Assembly (NCBI GenBank): GCA_947584825.1
Contig: CANPWR010000001.1
Span: 1 to 41,584, forward strand
Direction of reading: 5' to 3'
DNA from: an uncultured Clostridia bacterium
Lineage (GTDB): Bacteria > Bacillota > Clostridia > Oscillospirales > Ruminococcaceae
Length of the DNA stretch: 41,584 bases
Below are positions 27,634 to 36,244 of this stretch, in pieces. The number at the start of each line of letters is the position of its first letter. Position 1 is the first letter of the stretch. The notes below the pieces were generated by a model. That model searched no databases. It worked only from the letters and a program-made list of their open reading frames with translations, and was not told the origin of the DNA. The translations under genes were made by a program, and so were the position numbers.

Positions 27634-28854
27634 TTATTCTTTTTCTGCTTTGTGGAAAACTTTCTTTCCTTTTTTGATAATTACAGTCTCATTTAGATTA
27701 ACAAATGCCTTTGGATCTAAAATCTTTTCATCATTAATTGACACTCCGCCTTGCTGAACAAGACGTCTTGCCTCACCGTTTGAAGATACAAGACCGCACT
27801 TAACTAAAAGCGTAAGAAGTCCGATAGCGCCGTCCTCGTTTAAATCGTCAGCGCTGATTTTAGTAGTCGGCATATCATCGCTCACACCTGCTTTTCCGAA
27901 AACAGATTTTGCAGCATTCTGAGACTTGTTTGCTTCATCTTCACCGTGTACCAACTTTGTAAGCTCATAAGCCAAAATCTCTTTAGCTTTGTTAAGCTCT
28001 GCACCCTCCATAGTTCTTTCCATTTCTTCTATTTCCTCAATAGGAACAAAGGTGAGCATCTTTAAGCACTTTATAACGTCAGCGTCATTTACGTTTCTCC
28101 AGTATTGGTAAAAATCATACGGAGAAGTTTTATCAGCGTCTAGCCATACAGCACCCTTTTCCGTTTTGCCCATCTTTTTACCCTCAGAATTGAGCAGCAG
28201 AGTAATCGTCATAGCATAAGCGTCTTTACCTAGCTTGCGTCTTATAAGCTCTGTTCCGCCCAGCATATTTGCCCACTGGTCGTCTCCGCCGAACTGCATA
28301 TTACACCCATACTTCTGATACAGTACATAAAAGTCGTAGCTCTGCATAATCATATAGTTAAATTCAAGAAAAGACAAGCCTCTTTCCATTCTCTGCTTAT
28401 AGCACTCGTAAGATAACATTCTGTTTACGCTGAAGTGCGGTCCTACTTCTCTTAAAACCTCAACGTAATTCAAATCCATAAGCCAGTCAGCATTGTTTAC
28501 AATAACTGCCTTGTCGTCTGAAAAGTCAATAAAACGGCTCATTTGCTTTTTAAAGCATTCAACATTGTGCTGAATGGTTTCCTTAGTCATCATTTTTCTC
28601 ATATCAGTTCTTCCAGACGGATCACCTATCATAGCTGTTCCGCCGCCGATAAGAACTATTGGCTTATTCCCTGCCATCTGCATTCTTTTCATAAGGCAAA
28701 GCGCCATAAAGTGACCGACATGCAGGCTGTCAGCAGTTGGGTCAAAGCCGATGTAGAATGTGGCTTTTCCTGCGTTCACCAGTTCTGCAATTTCCTTTTC
28801 GTCTGTAAGCTGAGCTAACAGACCTCTTCTTTTAAGTTCCTCAAATACTGTCAT
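27634..28854 (-). CDS. tyrS: Tyrosyl-tRNA synthetase
   Basis: 406 aa with HIGH (HVGH), a KMSKS-like motif (KMGKT) and a C-terminal S4 domain. GGAGG SD upstream. It is preceded by a Tyr T-box leader. Confidence 0.97.
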   Translation of the reverse strand: MTVFEELKRRGLLAQLTDEKEIAELVNAGKATFYIGFDPTADSLHVGHFMALCLMKRMQMAGNKPIVLIGGGTAMIGDPSGRTDMRKMMTKETIQHNVECFKKQMSRFIDFSDDKAVIVNNADWLMDLNYVEVLREVGPHFSVNRMLSYECYKQRMERGLSFLEFNYMIMQSYDFYVLYQKYGCNMQFGGDDQWANMLGGTELIRRKLGKDAYAMTITLLLNSEGKKMGKTEKGAVWLDADKTSPYDFYQYWRNVNDADVIKCLKMLTFVPIEEIEEMERTMEGAELNKAKEILAYELTKLVHGEDEANKSQNAAKSVFGKAGVSDDMPTTKISADDLNEDGAIGLLTLLVKCGLVSSNGEARRLVQQGGVSINDEKILDPKAFVNLNETVIIKKGKKVFHKAEKE

Positions 28855-28962
28855 TTTTCTTCCTCCGAATTTGTATTTTAATCATTACATATAAATCTAT
28901 ACCTTAATCATCATAATCGATGAAATCAAATACTGACCTCACGAATATTATCCCTTTCTAAC

Positions 28963-29200
28963 AAAAAAATAAAAATCCCCTGACAAAAGCCAGAGGACGA
29001 ATAAATCGTGGTACCACCTCAATTTATCACAGCGTTAAACTTCACTGTGAACTCATAACGCTTTAACGGGCGTCAGACGAATAAACCTACTAATTTTCAG
29101 AATATCAGCTCAAAGATGTATTCGCAAATCAAGTTATTGCTTTCTCACACCTGCCGAAAGCTCTCTTGAAATAACAAGGATATGCTACTTGTTCTTATCA
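28963..29200 (-). promoter_or_regulatory. T-box riboswitch leader, tyrosine specifier (UAC)
   Basis: All reads are on the minus strand. Stem I carries an AGAGAG (GA/K-turn) motif. The specifier loop is GAA-UAC-A, with the codon at plus 29118-29120. There is an F-box-like CCCGTTA and the T-box sequence AAATTGAGGTGGTACCACG (29007-29025), whose UGGU bulge matches an A73 discriminator. The terminator CCTCTG...CAGGGG (28977-28996) is followed by ATTTTTATTTTTTT. Confidence 0.9.
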
Positions 29201-29218
29201 CAGCCTTTAATTTTTGAT

Positions 29219-29247
29219 ATATTAACACATAATTTTCTTATTGTCAA
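29219..29247 (-). promoter_or_regulatory. Sigma-A promoter for the T-box-tyrS transcript
   Basis: The minus strand reads TTGACA, a 17-nt spacer, then TAATAT preceded by TGT. It lies immediately upstream of the T-box Stem I. Confidence 0.75.
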
Positions 29248-29264
29248 GACTGATTTACAAATTT

Positions 29265-29310
29265 ATGTGTTATAAAAGTGCGGCGTTTTATCATTACTTA
29301 CCGCACTTTT
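29265..29310 (-). terminator. Terminator hairpin after sigG
   Basis: AAAAGTGCGG/CCGCACTTTT forms a 10-bp stem (29274-29310) with a 17-nt loop. On the minus strand it runs into TTTTATAAC, about 25 nt after the sigG stop. Confidence 0.6.
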
Positions 29311-29333
29311 AATTAGTATTAAATTTTTGGAAA

Positions 29334-30107
29334 TTAGCAGAACTGTTTTTTTATCTGCTCCAATGCGCCTTTTTCAAGCCTTGAAACCTGTGCTTGAGAA
29401 ATTCCTATGCTTTTAGCTACCTCGACTTGAGTTTTACCTTGAAAAAATCTAAGACTGAGTATGTTTTTTTCTCTGGGCATAAGCTTTGAAATAGCCTCCT
29501 TTAGGGAAATCTCATTCAGCCAGCTTATATCGTTGTTGCCGTCACCAATCTGATCCAACACAAATAGAGTATCCCCAGAATCGGAATAAACAGGCTCATA
29601 TATTGAAATCGGATCACAGATAGATTCGAGTGCCGTTACTACGTCAGATGTTTTAGCGTCAATTAATTTAGCTATTTCTTCAATTTTCGGCTCTTTTTGA
29701 TGTTCGTTGATATATTTCTCTTTTGCCTGCATAGCTTTATAGGCTAAATCACGAAGTGAACGACTTACTCTTATAGGAAAATTGTCTCTCAGATATCTTC
29801 GTATCTCACCTAAAATCATCGGGAATGCATAAGTCGAAAATTTCACATCATACTCAAGAGAAAAGTTGTCTATTGCCTTTATCAATCCTACAACACCAAC
29901 TTGAAATAAATCATCAGGAGACTCACCTCTGCCTGCAAACATCTGCAAAACACTTAAAACAAGCCGAAGATTTCCGTTAATCAACTCATCTCTGGCTTGT
30001 TTGTCACCATCTTTTACCTTTTTTAACAGCTCCAGCTTTTCAGATTCCTTCAAAGTTGGAAGCTCAGATGTATTTACACCGCTTATCTCCACTTTGTTAT
30101 ATTGCAT
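29334..30107 (-). CDS. sigG: Sporulation sigma factor SigG (forespore, late)
   Basis: 257 aa that can be aligned by eye with B. subtilis SigG (NKVEISGVNTSELPTLK, NGNLRLVLSVLQ, KFSTYAFPMILGEIRRYLRD, GISQAQVSRLEK). It lies downstream of spoIIGA-sigE. Confidence 0.9.
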   Translation of the reverse strand: MQYNKVEISGVNTSELPTLKESEKLELLKKVKDGDKQARDELINGNLRLVLSVLQMFAGRGESPDDLFQVGVVGLIKAIDNFSLEYDVKFSTYAFPMILGEIRRYLRDNFPIRVSRSLRDLAYKAMQAKEKYINEHQKEPKIEEIAKLIDAKTSDVVTALESICDPISIYEPVYSDSGDTLFVLDQIGDGNNDISWLNEISLKEAISKLMPREKNILSLRFFQGKTQVEVAKSIGISQAQVSRLEKGALEQIKKQFC

Positions 30108-30136
30108 ATATAATCTACTCCAACAATTATTTAATA

Positions 30137-30167
30137 TAATTATTGACGGTGAGATTTTTTAATATGC
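30137..30167 (-). promoter_or_regulatory. Candidate forespore (SigF/SigG-type) promoter for sigG
   Basis: The minus strand reads GCATA, a 17-nt spacer, then CAATAATTA. This resembles the GCATR -35 and CATA..TA-like -10 of SigG/SigF promoters. It is about 30 nt upstream of the sigG ATG. The match is weak. Confidence 0.3.
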
Positions 30168-30202
30168 AAAAAACATAAATGATTACAAGGCTAATTTCTG
30201 GT

Positions 30203-30235
30203 AAAAAAATTACCTGCCATGTTAAACATAGCAGG
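30203..30235 (-). terminator. Rho-independent terminator after hsp20
   Basis: On the minus strand, CCTGCTATG/CATGGCAGG forms a 9-bp stem with one G-U pair and a TTTAA loop, followed by TAATTTTTTTACC. Confidence 0.8.
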
Positions 30236-30260
30236 CATAAAATATGAAAATTGTTATGAA

Positions 30261-30695
30261 TTATTTTATCTCAAGTCTTCTTGTTTCCGGTTCAGTTTTA
30301 GCCTTCTTAGGCAGATCAAGAGTCAGAATACCGTTTTTATATTCTGCCTGAATAGCTTCAGAATCTATATTCGAAATATCGTATCTTCTCTGGTAAGAAC
30401 CATAAGAACGCTCTCTGCAAATATAATTACCGTCTTTATCCTTGTCCTCTTTCTCAGATTTATGAGAAGCCGACAGCGTTAAATAATCACCGTTAATGTC
30501 GATGTTAATATCCTCTTTTGCAAAGCCAGGAAGTTCAGCCTCAAGAACAAACTTGTCGCCTTTATCGCAAATATCTGTCCTGCAAGACCTCAAATCGTGC
30601 GATGGCTTTGAGTTAAAGAAATCCTTTTCAAACTCATGAAAAACATTGAATAAATCATATGTGCTTCTCTCAAATGGTGTTAATCCGTACAACAT
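30261..30695 (-). CDS. Hsp20/alpha-crystallin family small heat-shock protein
   Basis: 144 aa with an alpha-crystallin domain (DICDKGDKFVLEAELPGFAKEDINIDINGDYLTLSA...FQRRYDISNIDSEAIQAEYKNGILTLDLPK). AAGGAGG SD upstream. Confidence 0.92.
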   Translation of the reverse strand: MLYGLTPFERSTYDLFNVFHEFEKDFFNSKPSHDLRSCRTDICDKGDKFVLEAELPGFAKEDINIDINGDYLTLSASHKSEKEDKDKDGNYICRERSYGSYQRRYDISNIDSEAIQAEYKNGILTLDLPKKAKTEPETRRLEIK

Positions 30696-30850
30696 AATAA
30701 ATTCCTCCTTAAAATTATTATAAAAGTTTTGTTTTAATATGCGTTTTTATAAATCCTTGTTCATCGGAATCACTTCTTTCCTTTCAACAACTATATGATA
30801 TTGTTCCTATGTGATGAAATTGTGAAAGATTAATGATGAAAAGATGAAAA

Positions 30851-30877
30851 TTAGCACTCTACTAAATAGAGTGCTAG
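30851..30877. promoter_or_regulatory. CIRCE operator (HrcA binding site), possibly doubling as the sigE terminator
   Basis: TTAGCACTC-TACTAAATA-GAGTGCTAG matches 17 of 18 positions of the CIRCE consensus TTAGCACTC-N9-GAGTGCTAA with the correct 9-nt spacer. It lies about 155 nt upstream of the hsp20 ATG. On the minus strand it is followed by ATTTTCATCTTTTC. Confidence 0.8.
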
Positions 30878-30895
30878 CATCTAAAATTTTTAGTG

Positions 30896-31612
30896 CTAAC
30901 ATATCTTCTCTAAATTTTCTCGTATTGTCTTTAGTATTCTCTTTTCCAGCCGAGATATGTATGACTGTGATATTCCAACAATATCCGCTACCTCTTTTTG
31001 CGTCATTTCTTTTTCTCCTAACAGACCAAAACGCATTTTCATAATTTGTTTTTCCCTGTCGTTTAATTTTTCTATCTCAATCAATACAAGCTCACGCTCC
31101 ACCTCGTTTTCTATTCCTCTTATTACAACGTCCTCATCTGTTCCGAGTATATCAGAAAGCAAAAGCTCATTTCCGTCCCAATCAACATTCAAAGGCTCAT
31201 CAATTGAAATGTCGTTTCTGTATTGATTGGACTTTCTTAAAAACATAAGTATTTCGTTTTCAATGCATCTAGAGGCATAAGTAGCAAGCTTTATATTTTT
31301 ATCTACCTGAAATGTGTTTACTGCCTTTATCAGTCCTATTGTTCCTATTGAAATCAAATCTTCTATCCCTATACCTGTAGTCTCAAACTTTTTTGCAATA
31401 TATACTACAAGTCTCAGATTATGAACAATAAGTGTTTCCCGACCTCTTTTGTCGTTGTTCTTTATTTGCTCAAAGGCTACCTGCTCTTCCTCAGCAGAAA
31501 GAGGCGGCGGAAGTGATTCCGATCCGTTTATGTAATCAACGTATTTTTTATTTCGATTTAGTAATAAGGTTATCCAACTTAGTATTTTATTGAAAATTAA
31601 ATTTAATTTCAT
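30896..31612 (-). CDS. sigE: Sporulation sigma factor SigE (pro-sigma-E)
   Basis: It can be aligned by eye with B. subtilis pro-SigE from MKLNL... (pro-sequence, then [52 protein letters not shown]). The start is set at the second ATG (31610-31612). The first ATG (31636) has its SD only 1 nt away. Confidence 0.93.
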   Translation of the reverse strand: MKLNLIFNKILSWITLLLNRNKKYVDYINGSESLPPPLSAEEEQVAFEQIKNNDKRGRETLIVHNLRLVVYIAKKFETTGIGIEDLISIGTIGLIKAVNTFQVDKNIKLATYASRCIENEILMFLRKSNQYRNDISIDEPLNVDWDGNELLLSDILGTDEDVVIRGIENEVERELVLIEIEKLNDREKQIMKMRFGLLGEKEMTQKEVADIVGISQSYISRLEKRILKTIRENLEKIC

Positions 31613-31672
31613 TTTGCCCTGCTCGCCTATGAGCATACCCCTTTCTTATTAATTTAAATTATTATTAAAAAA

Positions 31673-32494
31673 TCAACTTAAAATTCCCGGATTAAAAATT
31701 GCTATTTGTTCATCCGTGTCACAGCCTGTAATCCCAATGCAAGCTCTTACATCTTTACAGTTGCCGTTTTCATCAGTTATTTTTATTACTTGCATTGACT
31801 TTATTGGTATAAGACCATCAGATGAAACAGTGGAAAATGGTATAAGTCTGAAGCCTGAACTGATATTTTCGTTTAAAAGCTTTTTATACATATCTTGAAG
31901 CTCGTTACTTTTGCAGATTACAACCGAGCGTCCAGAAAAATAATCATACAGCTTATTGCCAGTGTCTACTACTCCTTTTAAGGAATAGTCTCTGTTAAAC
32001 AGATTAAAGGAAACTGTATATAATCCCGAAAGGTTTTTTTTGTTAATTAAAAAGTAATCTGCTATTGTCATAATAAAATAAGCTAAAATAGTAATTATGA
32101 TCAACATTATCAGAGATAAATCAAAATATACTGTGAAATTTTTTATGTATATCATTTTGCCTCCTGATAACTTCCAGAAGGCAAAGCAAAGTCCAGTAAA
32201 AACAATGTTTATAAGAATATACACCAAAGAGTATTTTATTAAATCATATTTATCTTTTGCAAAACCGCATATGAGAATTATTAAAATTACCGCAGCCATC
32301 TTTAAGAGAATAATTATATAATCATTTATTGGAAGTAAAATCAAAAGTGCTGAAATACCTCCTGCTACCGATGCCATGGCGACACGTTTTGCTTTAGTTT
32401 TAATATGAAAAACAAGGCATAAAACTTTTATGAAGAAGTATGTAAAATATATATTTGTTATAACCAAAACATCGGCATATATGCACTTCAACAA
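31673..32494 (-). CDS. spoIIGA: Sigma-E processing peptidase SpoIIGA
   Basis: 273 aa with five or more TM segments and a C-terminal aspartic protease motif (GVVDTGNKL). It is immediately upstream of sigE. There are tandem TTG TTG starts after a GAGGTG SD, so the start could be 32491 or 32494. Confidence 0.9.
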   Translation of the reverse strand: MLKCIYADVLVITNIYFTYFFIKVLCLVFHIKTKAKRVAMASVAGGISALLILLPINDYIIILLKMAAVILIILICGFAKDKYDLIKYSLVYILINIVFTGLCFAFWKLSGGKMIYIKNFTVYFDLSLIMLIIITILAYFIMTIADYFLINKKNLSGLYTVSFNLFNRDYSLKGVVDTGNKLYDYFSGRSVVICKSNELQDMYKKLLNENISSGFRLIPFSTVSSDGLIPIKSMQVIKITDENGNCKDVRACIGITGCDTDEQIAIFNPGILS

Positions 32495-32517
32495 GTCTCA
32501 CCTCACGCTTTATAAAT

Positions 32518-32551
32518 ATTATAATCCAAGCCTTTTAATAAATATGTCGAT
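32518..32551 (-). promoter_or_regulatory. spoIIG-type promoter: -10 TATAAT with a Spo0A-box/-35-like TCGACA at over-long spacing
   Basis: The minus strand reads aTCGACA, a 21-nt spacer, then TATAAT. TATAAT is at plus 32518-32523. The plus strand reads TGTCGAT at 32545-32551, matching 6 of 7 positions of the 0A box TGTCGAA. The -10 is about 24 nt upstream of the spoIIGA start. Confidence 0.5.
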
Positions 32552-32559
32552 TTTAAAGC

Positions 32560-32591
32560 ATAAAAAATACACCTGCAAAAAATTGCAAGTG
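32560..32591 (-). terminator. Rho-independent terminator after the aminopeptidase gene
   Basis: On the minus strand, CACTTGCAA/TTGCAGGTG forms a 9-bp stem with one G-U pair and a TTTT loop, followed by TATTTTTTATGC. Confidence 0.8.
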
Positions 32592-32609
32592 CATTTTGAT
32601 TATTATTAA

Positions 32610-34010
32610 CTAGTCCTCGATAAACACCTTAAAAGCCTTGTAAGCCATATATGTGTCAATTTTTGAAGTTACTTCAAAAGGTGCATGCATTGAAAGCACA
32701 GGAACTCCCACATCTATAACGTCAATATTGAGGTTTGCAATATACATTGCAACAGTTCCTCCTCCGCCTAAGTCAACCTTACCAAGCTCGCCCGTCTGCC
32801 AAATGACATTTTTGCTATCTAAAAGATTTCTTATTCTTGCAACAAATTCAGCAGAAGCGTCTGACGTCCCTGATTTACCCCTTGAACCGGTAAATTTAGT
32901 TACGCACACTCCGTAATTGATTTTTGATGCGTTTCTGATTTCCAAAACATCGGGAAAGGTAGGGTCAAATGCGGCGTTTACATCAGCAGATAGACATTCA
33001 GACGCTGATATTACCTGCCTTGCATTTCCGCCAAGCTTTTCGGCTAAATCGCAGATGAAGTATTTCAAATACGAACTGTTAAGACCCGTATTTCCGTCAC
33101 TTCCCGTTTCTTCTTTATCGGTAAGAACTGTAATTGCAGTTTTGTTTGGAACATCATCACAATCTAAAAGAGCTTTAAGTGCGGTATATGCGCAAACTCG
33201 GTCGTCCTGACCGTAAGCACCAATCATACTTCTGTCAAAGCCAATGTCTCTTGCCTTAAACGCGGGTACTGCCTCGAGCTCAGCCGAAATAAAATCATCT
33301 TCAGCTATTCCATACTTTTTGTTGAGAATTTCAATTATATTCAGCTTGACCATTTCAGATTCCTTGTCGTCCTTAAACGGTCTTGAGCCTATAAGAATAT
33401 TGAGCTCTTCGCCTTTAACTCCCTCAGAAAGATTTCTTTTCATCTGTTGAGTTGCCAAATGAGGAAGTAAATCACATACGCAGAATACAGGATCATTCTC
33501 ATCCTCGCCGATTTTGACCTCAATCTTTTCATTTTTAGAATCAATAATAACTCCATGAAGCGCCAACGGAATTGTTGTCCACTGATATTTTTTGATACCG
33601 CCGTAATAGTGCGTTTTGAAAAAACCGATTTGATTATCCTCATAAATCGGATTCTGCTTTAAATCAAGTCTTGGTGAATCTATGTGTGCTGCGCTAATTC
33701 TGAAACCCTTATTTACATCTCCACTGCCTATGATTGCGGCAATAATTGCTTTTCCTCTGTTATTTATATAAATCTTATCTCCCGGATTTAAATCTTTGCT
33801 GAAATCATATTCAGTAAAGCCTTTTTCTTCAAGCAGTTTTATTGATTCACAAACAGCCTCCCTTTCAGTTTTGGCAGCATCAAGAAATCTCATATATCCC
33901 TTACAAAACTCATCTGCCTGACTTATTTCGCTGTCTTTTAATATGAAACACGCATTCTTCTTTTTTGTAAACAGCTCCTCTTTTAAATCTTTAGCCTTTG
34001 ATTCTGACAT
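32610..34010 (-). CDS. M18-family aminopeptidase
   Basis: About 466 aa with M18-type motifs (AAHIDSPRLDLK, HYYGGIKKYQW, QDDRVCAY, DKEETGSDGNTG, SMHAPFE). The start is set at ATG 34008-34010 (MSESKAKDL), which has GGAAAGGA 8 nt upstream. The longer track ORF would overlap the slt gene. Confidence 0.85.
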   Translation of the reverse strand: MSESKAKDLKEELFTKKKNACFILKDSEISQADEFCKGYMRFLDAAKTEREAVCESIKLLEEKGFTEYDFSKDLNPGDKIYINNRGKAIIAAIIGSGDVNKGFRISAAHIDSPRLDLKQNPIYEDNQIGFFKTHYYGGIKKYQWTTIPLALHGVIIDSKNEKIEVKIGEDENDPVFCVCDLLPHLATQQMKRNLSEGVKGEELNILIGSRPFKDDKESEMVKLNIIEILNKKYGIAEDDFISAELEAVPAFKARDIGFDRSMIGAYGQDDRVCAYTALKALLDCDDVPNKTAITVLTDKEETGSDGNTGLNSSYLKYFICDLAEKLGGNARQVISASECLSADVNAAFDPTFPDVLEIRNASKINYGVCVTKFTGSRGKSGTSDASAEFVARIRNLLDSKNVIWQTGELGKVDLGGGGTVAMYIANLNIDVIDVGVPVLSMHAPFEVTSKIDTYMAYKAFKVFIED

Positions 34011-34029
34011 TGAAATCATCCTTTCCGTA

Positions 34030-34617
34030 TTATCTGTATAGTCTGTTATATTCTTTATAAGCATTTATGACTTTATTTATGTAATGCCTTGTATCGGAAT
34101 AATCACTAGGTATGTCATCTAAATTAAGGTTATTTTCATCTAAAACTCCGCTATACAGCCACCCTTGAACCTGCGTCATGCCTGCATGATACGCAGCGAT
34201 TGTAAGTTCATATGAGCCGAAATGCTTATATAAATGATCCAAATACCAAGTGCCGTACATAATATTGTATTCAGGATTATACATATCCGAATACTTAAGA
34301 TCCTTATTGTCATCAATATTATTGCTTACCTCTTCAAATGCAATCGGCATAAGCTGCATTAATCCAACTGCCCCGACATTCGATCTGGCATCAGGATCAA
34401 ATCCGCTCTCGGTTTTAATGACTGCATATATAAAGTTTTCGTCTATATCATATTCTTCACTGTATTGCTTTACATATTCAGAATATTTTTTAGGGTAAAT
34501 GTTTTTTCTTAAAAAAGCCGGTACTGACTTAAATAATATAAAAGCCATTACTGAAAGAATCATTAAGACAACTAAAAATACAGCTCCCCTATTCTTCCTT
34601 CTTGCTCTTCTTGCCAT
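34030..34617 (-). CDS. Membrane-anchored lytic transglycosylase (Slt domain) protein
   Basis: 195 aa with an N-terminal basic stretch plus TM, then the goose-lysozyme/Slt motifs IKTESGFDP, GLMQLMP and AYHAG. A perfect AAGGAG lies 7 nt upstream of the ATG. The start lies 29 nt inside the 3' end of coaE, in a different frame. Confidence 0.88.
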   Translation of the reverse strand: MARRARRKNRGAVFLVVLMILSVMAFILFKSVPAFLRKNIYPKKYSEYVKQYSEEYDIDENFIYAVIKTESGFDPDARSNVGAVGLMQLMPIAFEEVSNNIDDNKDLKYSDMYNPEYNIMYGTWYLDHLYKHFGSYELTIAAYHAGMTQVQGWLYSGVLDENNLNLDDIPSDYSDTRHYINKVINAYKEYNRLYR

Positions 34618-35212
34618 AATAAATCTCCTTAATATTCTGTGCTGTTATAATTGCCTTATCTATCATTTCTTTCACACTTCCGTTATTCTCTAATACACAG
34701 TCGCTGTTGTTCTTAAAAAATTCCTCCGACATCTGAGAAGAAAATCTTTTTTCTGCTTCCCTTTCAGAAAGGCCATCACGTTCTATTATTCTATTAAGCC
34801 TTAAGTTTCTGTTAGCTATAACGCTGACTATTATGTCACAGCTTTTATCAAGTCCGCTTTCAAACAATGTGGGTGCGTCTATAACAATAATAGAATTTTC
34901 ACCGATTTTTTCAATACGCCTACTTATCTCTTCAATAATATACGGAAATGTTACAGACATTAGTTTATCCAATTTTTCTCTGTCAGCAAAAACCAATGAA
35001 CCCAGCTTTCTTCTGTTCAAAACGCCGTTTTCAATATATTCATCTCCGAAAGCTGTCTTAAGCTGTGAAATGCAGGTCTTATTGCTTTCAGTTACATATC
35101 TTGAAATCAAATCAGCATTTATAATATGAAAACCAAGTGATGTAAATGTATCGCATACGGTTGTTTTTCCGGCACCACTCTGACCCGTCAGTCCGACAAT
35201 GTAAGGCTTCAT
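34589..35212 (-). CDS. coaE: Dephospho-CoA kinase
   Basis: 207 aa with the P-loop GLTGQSGAGKTT and CoaE-like body motifs (VIDAPTLFESGL). Its ATG abuts the sua5 stop. Confidence 0.92.
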   Translation of the reverse strand: MKPYIVGLTGQSGAGKTTVCDTFTSLGFHIINADLISRYVTESNKTCISQLKTAFGDEYIENGVLNRRKLGSLVFADREKLDKLMSVTFPYIIEEISRRIEKIGENSIIVIDAPTLFESGLDKSCDIIVSVIANRNLRLNRIIERDGLSEREAEKRFSSQMSEEFFKNNSDCVLENNGSVKEMIDKAIITAQNIKEIYYGKKSKKEE

Positions 35213-36229
35213 TCAGTCACCCTCTTTTACAACTTTAAATCCTGCCGCGCGAAGCATTCTATTATATACAGCAAGTCCTACTCCTTCCTTTGAAGGACAT
35301 CTTGCATACACCTTTTCTGCTCCTATCTTGTCGATCTCTCTTAATACTGAAAATATTCTTTCCGCCTGCTGAATGCTGTTGCCTCCGTATCTAATTGACT
35401 TTATATCGTCAGAGATATTATCATTGTCAAAAATCAAAGCATATGTGTTTTCGGAATTTCTTTCGCTTACATATTTTTCGAAAAATTCTACTGAACCGCT
35501 TACAAGTGTAACATCAGCCTTTGGAGAATAATGCTTATATTTCATACCCGGTGATTTAACCTTAGCATCATTTGAAATAACTTCAAGAACACCTCTGTCT
35601 ATTATAACATTTGACGCAACCGTCTTTAAATCATCAACTGAAATTTTGCCCGGTCTTAACAATCTAATTATATCATTTTCAAATGAAATTACAGTCGATT
35701 CAACACCGACAGAACAACTTCCATCATCTAAAATTGCAGGTATTCTGCCATTCAAATCATCATAAACGTGTTCTGCTGTTGTAGGGCTGGGACTTCCCGA
35801 TAAGTTGGCAGAAGGTGCAGCAAGAGGAAAACCGCACTCTTTAATAAGCTCTCTTGCAACATTATTTGAAGGCAATCTTATTCCGACAGTATCAAGTCCT
35901 CCGCTTGTAACAAGCGGTATCTTATCACTTTTAGGCAGAACGATCGTAACAGGTCCGGGCCAGAATTTTTCACATACTGCAAGTGCAATATCGGGAATAC
36001 TTGTCGTAAGCTCTTTAAGCATACTTATATCAGCTATATGAACAATCAGAGGATTGTCTGCAGGACGCATTTTTGCCTCAAAGATCTTATTTACAGCTTT
36101 CTCATCAAAAGCATTAGCGGCAAGACCGTATACGGTTTCTGTAGGCATACCTACAACCTCGCCGTCTTTTATAAGCTTTGCACAATATTTGACATTTTTC
36201 TTTGTAGGTTTTAAAACTTTAGTTTCCAT
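35213..36229 (-). CDS. tsaC: L-threonylcarbamoyladenylate synthase (Sua5/YwlC/TsaC type, long form)
   Basis: 338 aa with a YrdC domain (PTETVYGLAANAF..., SANLSGSPSPT) plus a Sua5 C-terminal domain. Confidence 0.9.
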   Translation of the reverse strand: METKVLKPTKKNVKYCAKLIKDGEVVGMPTETVYGLAANAFDEKAVNKIFEAKMRPADNPLIVHIADISMLKELTTSIPDIALAVCEKFWPGPVTIVLPKSDKIPLVTSGGLDTVGIRLPSNNVARELIKECGFPLAAPSANLSGSPSPTTAEHVYDDLNGRIPAILDDGSCSVGVESTVISFENDIIRLLRPGKISVDDLKTVASNVIIDRGVLEVISNDAKVKSPGMKYKHYSPKADVTLVSGSVEFFEKYVSERNSENTYALIFDNDNISDDIKSIRYGGNSIQQAERIFSVLREIDKIGAEKVYARCPSKEGVGLAVYNRMLRAAGFKVVKEGD

Positions 36230-36244
36230 TATAACACATTCCGA

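Noticed and set aside
30696-30850. A search for a CtsR box (GGTCAAA repeats) or a clear sigma-A or sporulation-sigma promoter for hsp20 downstream of CIRCE.
   Set aside because: No GGTCAAA repeat is present. The only weak hits are TTCATC-17-TATAGT and a TATAAT without a -35, too close to the SD. None is strong enough to report as a feature.
30838-30877. Initially read simply as the rho-independent terminator of spoIIGA-sigE.
   Set aside because: The stem arms and the 9-nt spacer match the CIRCE consensus at 17 of 18 positions, which is too specific for a generic terminator. A dual role is still possible and is noted in the findings.
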